A stretch of DNA of 39,909 bases, taken from assembly GCA_017959985.1 (NCBI GenBank), contig JAGCZP010000047.1, positions 1 through 39,909 on the forward strand, read 5' to 3'. The stretch comes from Clostridia bacterium. GTDB lineage: Bacteria; Bacillota; Clostridia; Oscillospirales; Acutalibacteraceae. The position numbers were made by a program, and so were the translations under genes. Numbering within the stretch: the stretch's first letter is position 1; each line of letters opens with the position of its first letter. Shown piece by piece: positions 1-7,990 of this stretch. A model generated the notes under the pieces. The model was not told the origin of the DNA and did not search any database. It worked only from the letters and a program-made list of their open reading frames with translations.

Positions 1-3000
1 CCACATCGTTCGTTTGTGTTGCAAACACATCCGATGTAAAGCTCGCTGTGTATCGGGTAGTGCCACCTGCGGTACAGGTTGCTAGCACTTGAACGCTAGA
101 AGACATCGTTGCTGCCTCAATCAAAGGAGTACCACAAACAGAACAGGTAGCAAGAGCGGTACAGGCCGAACCATCTGCCGACCAATTATATTGAATAGAC
201 GAATAGCTATGTCCTGTTGGCAAAATATCTTCTATGTCTTTTGTTTGTCCTTCAAACAACTCATTGGTAAACACAACCGTATAGGTGGTGGTTCCTGCTT
301 CTGTACAGGTTGCCACATCTTTAACGGTATCGGTCGAATTGACCGTTTCACTAACTTCATCCCCGCAACGGCTACAAACTGCGTGTGCGGTACAAGTCGA
401 ACCATCAGCAGCCCAAGTATAGGTAATGGTGTAATTGTGTCCTAAAGCTGCAATATTGGCTTCATCATGGGATTGTTCTCCGAACAATGGATTTGTAAAG
501 GTCGCCGAATAGGTATGAACACCATTTTCCGTACAAGTCGGTTGACTCTTAAGGGTTTCGCTTGTGTAAACCTCTTCGGTAATCTTGTGAGTGGCATCAT
601 GGCTACAAGTGGCCGTTGCCTTCACTTTTCCCTGTTCTGTTTTCCACTCATAGGAAATGACATAATCATGACCTAAGGCTGGAATGTCTTGAATTGCTTT
701 GGTTTGTTGTATAAATAGCACTCCGGTAAAGGTGGCCGTATAAGTGGTGGTTCCTGCGTCTTCGCAAGTCGCTGCCGTTGTCTCTTCACTAGAAATGGTG
801 GCATATTCGTCCACAACATCTCCGCAAACAGAACAGGTAGCCACTGCATGGCACGAAGAACCATCTGCTGCCCATGTATACAAAACATTGTAATTATGGT
901 CTGCCATCGGAATAGTATCTGTAACGGTTTGTTCTACGAATAAACCATTGGCAAAGGCGGCGGTATAGGTAATGGTACCGGTTGCAGTACAGGTTGCCGG
1001 GTCTGTCACCTCACTGGTAGCGTCCACAGTCTCGATGACAACATGGCTGCCGTCATTTTGGCAAACCGCCTGTGCGGTACATTGCGAATAATTGACACTC
1101 CAAGTATAGGTAATGACATAATCATGCTCTAATGCTGGAATATCTTGTATATCTTTAGTTTGTGTAGCAAACAACGCATTGTCAAAGGTCGCAGTATAGG
1201 TAGTGGTTCCCATCGTGATACAAGTTGGCGCTATTTTCTGGACACTAGAAATGATTCCGTGTTCTTGCGACACATGGCTACCATTATTCTGACAGATAGC
1301 GGTTGCCATGCAATAAGATCCGTCTGCTGCCCATTCATAAGACACAACATAATCATGTCCGGTAGCAGGAATATCCGTCTTATCAATAGTTTGTACAGAG
1401 AAGACGGCGTTCGTAAAGGTTGCTGTGTACGTGGTAATACCATCCGACGTACAAGTTGCTGCTGTTTTCACCACCGAAGTACAAACAACATTTTCGGTAA
1501 TCACATCGCCGCAACGCGAACATTCTGCACGTGCCGTGCAAGTGGTTCCATCATCCGAGAACGTATAGGTAATGATTGAATAATCATGTCCCAGTCCACC
1601 GGAACCAGCAACCGATTCGCTTTGCTCGGTAAATAACGGATCAGTAAAGGTGGCGGTATAAACGGTGGAACCAGCACCCAAGCAAGTAGACTCTTCGCCA
1701 ACTTGGCTAGTTACAACACCATTTTCAGAATAACTATCTCCGCATCTCGAACAAGTGGCGGTAGCTGTACAAGTAGAGTGATCAACACTCCACTCATAAG
1801 AAGCCACATAGTTATGTCCTAAAGGAGCAACATCGTTACGTGTAGTGGTTTGGGTTTCAAAATTCGGATTGGTAAAGGTGGCAGTATAGGTAGTCGTTCC
1901 ATTATCCGTGCAAGTTGCAGGAGTGGTCACTTCGCTGGTACAAGCCACTTCTTCCTCAATCTCATCGTTACAATCTGCACAAATACCATGCGCCGTACAA
2001 GTTGAACCATCCACAGAGAATGTATAGGTCGCCGTATAATTGTGACCGGTAGCTGGGATATCTTGAACCGTTGTCGATTGCGCCTCCATCATATCTTTTG
2101 AGAAGGTAACCGAATAGGTTGTATATCCCATTGCCGTACAAGTAGCTGGTGTGGAAACGGTTGCCGTGGAATTCACGGTTTGATTTTCCACGTGGCTAGC
2201 ATCCGTTTGGCAAACAGCATGCGCTGTGCATTGGGAATAATCGGATGTCCATGTATAGGTCACTACCCAATCATGGCCGGTAGCCGGAATATCATCAACA
2301 TTCTTATATTGGGTTGTAAACCGTGCATCACTAAACTGTGCTGTATAGCGAGTCGTTCCTGCCGTGGTGCAAGTTGCTGCGCTAATCTCTGCAGAAGTAA
2401 TTGTCGCATATTCGGTAATTTGGTCGTGACAACGACTACACTCTAAAATGCCTTCACAAGAACTGCCGTCTAATGCCCACACATATGGTTGGACTTCATA
2501 ATTATGACCAAGAGCCGGCATGGTGGAAGGATCATCATAGGTTTGCGTCTCAAAAATAGGATTGCTAAAGACTACAGTGTAACGAATCACACCAGGGTCT
2601 GTACAAGTCGCAGTAGAGATGTTGTTAGAAGTAAAATACTCTTCTTCCACAATCACGTGAGAAGCATCGTTCTCACAAGTTGCAGTTGCTTTCACTTTTC
2701 CTTGTGCAATCTTCCATTCGTATTCCACGGTGTAATTATGACCGGTAGCTGAAATATCCTCAATATCTTTTGTTTGGGTCACATACGGAGCACCTGTAAA
2801 GGTTGCCGTGTATCTTGTGGTACCCGCTGTTGTACAAGTGGCGGCCACTAACACTTCGCTAGAGATGGTCGCGTCTTGATTGATTTGGTCATTACAGTTT
2901 TGACAGGTTGCCACGGCCGAACAAGACGATCCATCCGCCGCCCACGTATATTCAACCGTATAATCATGACCCGTTGCCGCAACATTTTGAACCTCTTTTG

Positions 3001-6000
3001 TCTGGGTTTCAAAATTCTCATTTTCAAAGGTTGCGGTATAGGTGGTCGTACCCATTACCGTACAGGTCGGATCAGTGGTCACTTCACTGGTAGCATCAAC
3101 CGTTTCGGTAATGTAATGGGTGTTATCGTATTGACAAATTCCCAATGCCGTACAAGAAGTGGTTCCATTCCAAGTATAGGTAATGGAATAGTTGTGTGGC
3201 ATTGCAGGAATGTCTTCAATATCTTTTGTTTGGGTTGCAAAAGGTTCTCCGCTAAAGGTAGCAGTGTAACGAGTGGTCCCTGGTCCCGCACAAGTGGCGG
3301 CCACTAACACTTCACTGGTAATGGTTGCATTGGCATTCACTTGATCTTGACAGGTTTGACAAGTTGCTACAGCCGAACAAGAGGAACCATCCGCTGCCCA
3401 TGTATACTCAACCGTATAATCATGCCCTAATGCGGAAATATTCTGCACTTCTTTTACTTGCGTTTCAAAATTGGCATTTTCAAAGGTTGCGGTATAAGTG
3501 GTTGTGCCTTGCGTTGTGCAATCCGGATCGGTGGTCACTTCACTGGTGGTATCCACCGTCTCCGAAATAACGGAATCACAACGACTGCAGTTTCCAGTTG
3601 CTGTGCAGGTGGCGTTATTCCCACTCCACACATATTCCACAACGTAATTGTGCCCTAGTGGGGCCACATTGTTAAGTGTTGTTGATTGTGTTTCAAAGAG
3701 TGCGTTTTCGAAATCGGCCGTGTAGGTGGTTGTTCCATTACCCGTGCATGTGGCTGGTGTGGTCACTTCACTGGTCGAATCCACTGTTTCGGTTACAACA
3801 TGACTTTGATCGTTTTGGCAAATGGCAGTGGCCGTACAAGACCCTTTTCCTTCTGCCCATTCGTAAGAAATTACATAATCATGACCTAAAGCAGCAATAT
3901 CTTCCACATCTTTTGTTTGCTGAGCAAATAGTTCACTGGTAAAGGTTGCTGTGTAGCGGGTCGTTCCTACGCTTTCACAAGTGGCTGCAACGATTTCTTC
4001 ACTGCTAATCGTAGCATCATCCTCAACAACATCATTGCAAATAGAGCAGGTCGCCACTCCGTGACAAGTTGATCCATCCGTAGCCCAAGTATACGCTGCA
4101 CTATAGTTATGACCAGTGGCTGGAATATCCGCCACATCTTTGGTTTGGGTCGTGAAAGGCTCCTCAGTAAAGGTTGCCGTATAGCGAGTGGTTCCCGCTT
4201 CTGTACAAGAAGCGTTTGCATATAAAGCGGAGGTAATCGAACCATTATCTGTTATTTCATCGTTGCAACGACTGCAAATGGCCGATGCGGCACAAGAAGA
4301 ACCATCCGCTGCCCAATCATACGTAATGGTATAATCGTGTCCTAACGGTTCATTGCTTTCCACATCTTTGGTTTGGGTGGTAAAAGCTGGATTTGTAAAC
4401 GTTGCGGTATAACGAGTAGTCCCTGCTTCCGTGCAAGACGCACCAGAAAGGGATGCGCTCGTCGTATTCACTACTTCTTCAATCGTATCTTGGCAAATCG
4501 AACATTCTCCATTTGCGGTACAAGTGGAGTTATCCGCTGACCAAGTATAGCTCACCACATAATCGTGGCCTGTCGCAACAATATCTTCTACATTTTTTGT
4601 TTGGGTGGTAAACAAAGTACTGGTAAAGGTTGCCGTGTACTGGGTGGTTCCATTGGAAGCACAACCAGCACCAGAAACAACTGCGCTGGTAATGGTCGCA
4701 CTTTCTTGTTGGATATCATGGCAACGGCTGCATTCCGCTGTACCCACACAGGAAGAACCATCGGCCGCCCAGGCATACGAAGCCACATAATCGTGATCTA
4801 AAGCAGAAATATCTTCCACATCTTTTGTTTGCATGGTGAAATTACCATTGCTAAAGATGGCGGTATACCGTGTCGTGCCAGCCTCGGTACAAGTTGGAGA
4901 CTCAAGTGTCGAAGAAACCGGATTACTCACCGTCTCGGAAATCTCATCGCCACACACACTGCAAACACCGGTTGCGGTACAAGAAGAACCATCCGCTGCC
5001 CAAGAATAGGAAACATCATAGGAATGTCCCAAAGGATCGCCTGTTAAAGATTTATGCGCATCCGAGAAGACGGAAGTATTCACAAACGTTGCGGTATACT
5101 CCACCGTTTCTCCTGTGGTGCAATTGGCAGCAGATGTCACATTGCTTGTAATCGTGCCATGTTCCACTAATTGATAATTACAAACCGAGCAAGTGGCAGT
5201 TGCTGTACAATCACTGGCATCATCTTCCCACACATACGAAACTGTCGAATAGTTATGTCCGGTTGCCGCAGGAAGTGCTACGGTTTCCGATTGTGTCGTA
5301 AAGAGTGAATTAGTAAAGGTTGCTGTGAACGTAGTGGAACCAGCTGCCGTACAAGTTGGCGCTGAATTTTGAACGCTCGTCGAAGCAACCGGCTCGGAAA
5401 TCACATCGTCACAACCAGAACAGCTAGCAGTCGCTGTGCAAATTCCATAATCTGAACTCCATGCATACGACACGGAATAATTATGAATATGAACTGTCAC
5501 CGTTGAACTGTTAATGGTCGTTGCCACTTCCGTGTCATCATTACGAATCATATTGTTATGCTTATAATATGTCGTAATACTAGTTGTACCAGCCGACGCA
5601 CCGTCTTTAATCTGGAACAATAAGGTGCATAACAAGCCCGTAACGGAGCGGTCTTGTAAGTCAACAGAACAAGCCTGAATAATGGCTGTTCCATCGTTTT
5701 TATGACGGCACAAAAGACTAAAGCTTGAGGACAATTCGCCTTCAATGTAGCCCAAATCCTCTGGATCTGTAGACGTGCCATCCCAATCCTTTCCGACGAA
5801 TTCTAATACATCGTCATCATAGAGGACGTCAAAACCGAAGCCCCAGACACCTGTGTTAGTATCAATGGTGACAGGAACTTCCACGACATCCCCAGGGGAT
5901 CCTGTGACATTTCCGAGCGAAACCGTTAAATTACCCGTCGGTTCCGCAGAAACCATCATGATCCCTGTCGTTGCTACAGAGCTCAGCATAATCGCTGCGC

Positions 6001-6037
6001 AAGCAACAACAGCAAGTGCTTTGGAAAAGCGCTTCAT
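1..6037 (-). CDS. Giant secreted repeat protein, 3'-partial (at least 2012 aa in window): signal peptide + cohesin-like module + 24 tandem ~76-aa Cys-rich repeats
   Basis: The minus-strand frame is open from ATG 6037-6035 to the left window edge. RBS AGGTGGAG lies at 6043-6050 with a 5-nt spacer. I translated it manually throughout and re-checked codon by codon at 2-121, 2441-2509 and 5030-5062. It is absent from the ORF track only because no stop lies inside the window. All listed minus ORFs in 1-6037 are in a different frame. The same motif (GH[DN]Y..Y.W..DGS.CTA...C..C.D...TS.....TC...GTT.YTATF) recurs in one frame across 5.5 kb. Confidence 0.9.
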   Translation of the reverse strand, partial: MKRFSKALAVVACAAIMLSSVATTGIMMVSAEPTGNLTVSLGNVTGSPGDVVEVPVTIDTNTGVWGFGFDVLYDDDVLEFVGKDWDGTSTDPEDLGYIEGELSSSFSLLCRHKNDGTAIIQACSVDLQDRSVTGLLCTLLFQIKDGASAGTTSITTYYKHNNMIRNDDTEVATTINSSTVTVHIHNYSVSYAWSSDYGICTATASCSGCDDVISEPVASTSVQNSAPTCTAAGSTTFTATFTNSLFTTQSETVALPAATGHNYSTVSYVWEDDASDCTATATCSVCNYQLVEHGTITSNVTSAANCTTGETVEYTATFVNTSVFSDAHKSLTGDPLGHSYDVSYSWAADGSSCTATGVCSVCGDEISETVSNPVSSTLESPTCTEAGTTRYTAIFSNGNFTMQTKDVEDISALDHDYVASYAWAADGSSCVGTAECSRCHDIQQESATITSAVVSGAGCASNGTTQYTATFTSTLFTTQTKNVEDIVATGHDYVVSYTWSADNSTCTANGECSICQDTIEEVVNTTSASLSGASCTEAGTTRYTATFTNPAFTTQTKDVESNEPLGHDYTITYDWAADGSSCAASAICSRCNDEITDNGSITSALYANASCTEAGTTRYTATFTEEPFTTQTKDVADIPATGHNYSAAYTWATDGSTCHGVATCSICNDVVEDDATISSEEIVAATCESVGTTRYTATFTSELFAQQTKDVEDIAALGHDYVISYEWAEGKGSCTATAICQNDQSHVVTETVDSTSEVTTPATCTGNGTTTYTADFENALFETQSTTLNNVAPLGHNYVVEYVWSGNNATCTATGNCSRCDSVISETVDTTSEVTTDPDCTTQGTTTYTATFENANFETQVKEVQNISALGHDYTVEYTWAADGSSCSAVATCQTCQDQVNANATITSEVLVAATCAGPGTTRYTATFSGEPFATQTKDIEDIPAMPHNYSITYTWNGTTSCTALGICQYDNTHYITETVDATSEVTTDPTCTVMGTTTYTATFENENFETQTKEVQNVAATGHDYTVEYTWAADGSSCSAVATCQNCNDQINQDATISSEVLVAATCTTAGTTRYTATFTGAPYVTQTKDIEDISATGHNYTVEYEWKIAQGKVKATATCENDASHVIVEEEYFTSNNISTATCTDPGVIRYTVVFSNPIFETQTYDDPSTMPALGHNYEVQPYVWALDGSSCEGILECSRCHDQITEYATITSAEISAATCTTAGTTRYTAQFSDARFTTQYKNVDDIPATGHDWVVTYTWTSDYSQCTAHAVCQTDASHVENQTVNSTATVSTPATCTAMGYTTYSVTFSKDMMEAQSTTVQDIPATGHNYTATYTFSVDGSTCTAHGICADCNDEIEEEVACTSEVTTPATCTDNGTTTYTATFTNPNFETQTTTRNDVAPLGHNYVASYEWSVDHSTCTATATCSRCGDSYSENGVVTSQVGEESTCLGAGSTVYTATFTDPLFTEQSESVAGSGGLGHDYSIITYTFSDDGTTCTARAECSRCGDVITENVVCTSVVKTAATCTSDGITTYTATFTNAVFSVQTIDKTDIPATGHDYVVSYEWAADGSYCMATAICQNNGSHVSQEHGIISSVQKIAPTCITMGTTTYTATFDNALFATQTKDIQDIPALEHDYVITYTWSVNYSQCTAQAVCQNDGSHVVIETVDATSEVTDPATCTATGTITYTAAFANGLFVEQTVTDTIPMADHNYNVLYTWAADGSSCHAVATCSVCGDVVDEYATISSEETTAATCEDAGTTTYTATFTGVLFIQQTKAIQDIPALGHDYVISYEWKTEQGKVKATATCSHDATHKITEEVYTSETLKSQPTCTENGVHTYSATFTNPLFGEQSHDEANIAALGHNYTITYTWAADGSTCTAHAVCSRCGDEVSETVNSTDTVKDVATCTEAGTTTYTVVFTNELFEGQTKDIEDILPTGHSYSSIQYNWSADGSACTALATCSVCGTPLIEAATMSSSVQVLATCTAGGTTRYTASFTSDVFATQTNDV
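2..5482 (-). repeat. 24 in-frame tandem coding repeats, period ~228 bp (75-77 codons), last one truncated by the window edge
   Basis: Recurring plus-strand strings (e.g. ataatcatgacc / ccaagtataggt / ggtaaaggttgc) at ~228-bp spacing. (2012-185)/76 = 24 units. I counted 24 H-[DNS]-[YW] unit starts in the translation. Confidence 0.85.
5486..5935 (-). other. Cohesin-like module (aa ~35-184 of the giant protein)
   Basis: LTVSLGNVTGSPGDVVEVPVTIDTNTGVWGFGFDVLYDDDDVLEFVG...GLLCTLLFQIKDGASAGTTSIT...STVTV matches the characteristic cohesin pattern: G.PGD.V.VPV, then F.L.YD...L, then a F.[IV]K...A..G motif near the end. Recognised by eye only. Confidence 0.6.
5945..6037 (-). other. Sec signal peptide of the giant protein (MKRFSKALAVVACAAIMLSSVATTGIMMVSA / EP)
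   Basis: Basic N-terminus (KR..K), a hydrophobic core, and a VSA motif before EPTG as seen in the translation. Confidence 0.7.
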
Positions 6038-6099
6038 GAATACTCCACCTTTACAAAAAATGTGTAAATACTTTAAAAATTTAAAATATTTAGAACTAT

Positions 6100-6133
6100 A
6101 TTATACCGTATTTCTATGCAAATTTTCTATGCA
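6100..6133 (-). promoter_or_regulatory. Putative promoter region of the giant gene: -10 TATAAT (6100-6105) plus a perfect 10-bp direct repeat TGCATAGAAA x2 (6111-6120, 6124-6133) where the -35 would be
   Basis: TATAAT lies ~60 nt upstream of the ATG. The hexamer at 17-nt spacing is AGAAAA, a poor -35. The direct repeat has 13-bp periodicity and overlaps that position. Confidence 0.3.
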
Positions 6134-6174
6134 TATATATCACACTATTTGGCAACTTTTTTTGGTCATAATCA

Positions 6175-6206
6175 ACAAAAAATGTCTACCCTTTTGAGGT
6201 AGACAT
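6175..6206 (-). terminator. Rho-independent terminator after hydA
   Basis: Minus-strand stem ATGTCTACC (6198-6206) / GGTAGACAT (6182-6190), 7-nt loop, followed by a T-run (6177-6181). It lies 22 nt after the hydA stop. Confidence 0.75.
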
Positions 6207-6227
6207 TTTTGTTCGATTTAAACTAGG

Positions 6228-7973
6228 TTAGTTAAACTTTTTGCGAGCCACATACGAGGTATGTAAATCGTGGTGAGCGGTCTTTCCGCCATAGCCTTCT
6301 GTGTAATACTCATCGTAGAGCGTTTTCACAAATTCGGACTCATGAGACTTACGGAAAGTCATGCTGGAATCCTCGCCATAAAGGGCTTTTGCTCTTTCGC
6401 TTCTCAAATCAATCCAGTTGCGAACGCTAGCCGGTTGAATGGGTTGTCCACCACCATTTACGCATCCGCCTGGGCAGCACATAACTTCCACAAAGTGCCA
6501 TGGTGCGGTACCATCTTTAATCTTGGATAAGACATAATCGGCATTCTTCACACCACTGACAACGCAAACTTTAACTTCGGTACCAGCAATATTGTAAGTT
6601 GCCTCTTTAATACCATCAATACCACGAACCTCTGGGAAGGAATCAGGATCGTTTTCTTTCCCGGTTAACCAGTCGTTAGCGGTACGAAGAGCCGCTTCCA
6701 TAACACCACCGGTAGCACCAAAGATATGGGCAGCACCAGAAGCTTTTCCAATAGGATTGTCGAATTCTTCATCCGGAAGTTCGGTAAACTTAATACCGGC
6801 ACGATCAATCATACGAGCCAATTCACGGGTGGTGAGAGAAATATCAACATCCGGGTATCCCGAAGCATTCTCATCATCACGGGTAATCTCAAATTTCTTA
6901 GCGGTACAAGGCATAACCGAAACAACAACAATGTTCTTTGGATCCAAATCGTTTTTCTTTGCATAGTAGGTTTTGATAATCGCACCTAACATCTCATGAG
7001 GAGATTTGCAAGTTGAAAGATGTGGAATTTGTTCCGGATAGTAATACTCTAAAAACTTGATCCAACCAGGAGAACAAGAGGTAATCATCGGAAGGGTTCC
7101 GCCATTTTGTAACCGTTGCACAAACTCGGTGGCTTCTTCCACGATGGTAACGTCTGCTCCCACGTCGGTATCAAAGACTTTGTCCACACCTAAGCGACGA
7201 ATGGCAGCAGCCATTTTGCCTTCCACGTTGGTACCAATAGGCATTCCAAAGCTCTCGCCTAAACCGGCACGAACAGCAGGAGCGGTCTGGAACACAACGT
7301 ATTTATCAGGATCGGCAATGGCGGCCCATACTTTTTCAGTGTCATCCACTTCGGTTAAAGCACCGGTCGGGCAAGCAGTAATACATTGACCACAAGAAAC
7401 ACAAGGAACATCCACTAAGTCTTTTTCAAAGGGACACGCAATATGGGTATCAATACCACGGTCGTTGGCACCAATAACCGAAACGAGTTGGTTATTACAA
7501 GCACCGACACAACGACGGCAAAGCACACACTTATTGTTATCACGGACTAAGTGAGCCGCACTAGCGTCTTTCTTGTATTCTGGACGGAAGCCATCAAAAC
7601 GGCCACTATCCTCTACCCCATAATCGCGGCAAAGTTTTTGCAATTCGCAATCGGTAGAGCGAACACAAGATAAACATTTTTTCTCGTGAGTCGAGAGAAT
7701 CAATTCCAAAGTCATTCGACGAGCGACTTGGACTTTTGCTGTGTTGGTTTGCACTTCCATGCCTTCGGAGACAGGATACACACAAGCGGTAACCAATCCA
7801 CGAGCACCGGTTGCTTCCACAACACAAATACGGCAGGCACCAATTTCATTGATGTCTTTTAAGAAACACAAAGTCGGAATCTCAACGCCGGCGGCATGCG
7901 CAGCTTCCAAAATGGTTGAACCAGCTGGGACGCTAACAGCAATACCGTTAATTTTCACATTAACCATATCCAT
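6228..7973 (-). CDS. hydA: [FeFe]-hydrogenase catalytic subunit HydA (M3-type: N-terminal 2Fe-2S and 4Fe-4S domains + H-cluster domain)
   Basis: 581 aa. H-cluster motifs VMPCTAKKFE and EVMCCPGGCVNGGGQP are present. The L1 motif is present as the variant TSCSPGW. N-terminal ferredoxin-like Cys clusters. RBS GAAGGAGG upstream. Confidence 0.9.
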   Translation of the reverse strand: MDMVNVKINGIAVSVPAGSTILEAAHAAGVEIPTLCFLKDINEIGACRICVVEATGARGLVTACVYPVSEGMEVQTNTAKVQVARRMTLELILSTHEKKCLSCVRSTDCELQKLCRDYGVEDSGRFDGFRPEYKKDASAAHLVRDNNKCVLCRRCVGACNNQLVSVIGANDRGIDTHIACPFEKDLVDVPCVSCGQCITACPTGALTEVDDTEKVWAAIADPDKYVVFQTAPAVRAGLGESFGMPIGTNVEGKMAAAIRRLGVDKVFDTDVGADVTIVEEATEFVQRLQNGGTLPMITSCSPGWIKFLEYYYPEQIPHLSTCKSPHEMLGAIIKTYYAKKNDLDPKNIVVVSVMPCTAKKFEITRDDENASGYPDVDISLTTRELARMIDRAGIKFTELPDEEFDNPIGKASGAAHIFGATGGVMEAALRTANDWLTGKENDPDSFPEVRGIDGIKEATYNIAGTEVKVCVVSGVKNADYVLSKIKDGTAPWHFVEVMCCPGGCVNGGGQPIQPASVRNWIDLRSERAKALYGEDSSMTFRKSHESEFVKTLYDEYYTEGYGGKTAHHDLHTSYVARKKFN

Positions 7974-7990
7974 TGTTTTATTCCTCCTTC

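Noticed and set aside
89-5151. About 25 plus-strand ORFs of 60-144 aa listed in the track across the left 5 kb (Cys/Arg/Gly/Ile-rich products).
   Set aside because: They are antisense or out-of-frame shadows of the giant minus-strand gene. They have no RBS, their composition is implausible, and they repeat only because the coding strand repeats.
1-5482. The periodic ~228-bp repetition might be a CRISPR array or a non-coding satellite.
   Set aside because: The period is far too long. There is no short-repeat/unique-spacer alternation. All units keep a single open frame with conserved amino-acid motifs and third-position-like variation, so this is a coding tandem repeat.
5853-6197. A 114-aa plus-strand ORF spanning the start of the giant gene and its upstream region; also the 77-aa minus ORF at 5548-5781.
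   Set aside because: The first is antisense to the signal peptide and cohesin region and to AT-rich promoter DNA. The second is out of frame within the cohesin module. Neither has an RBS.
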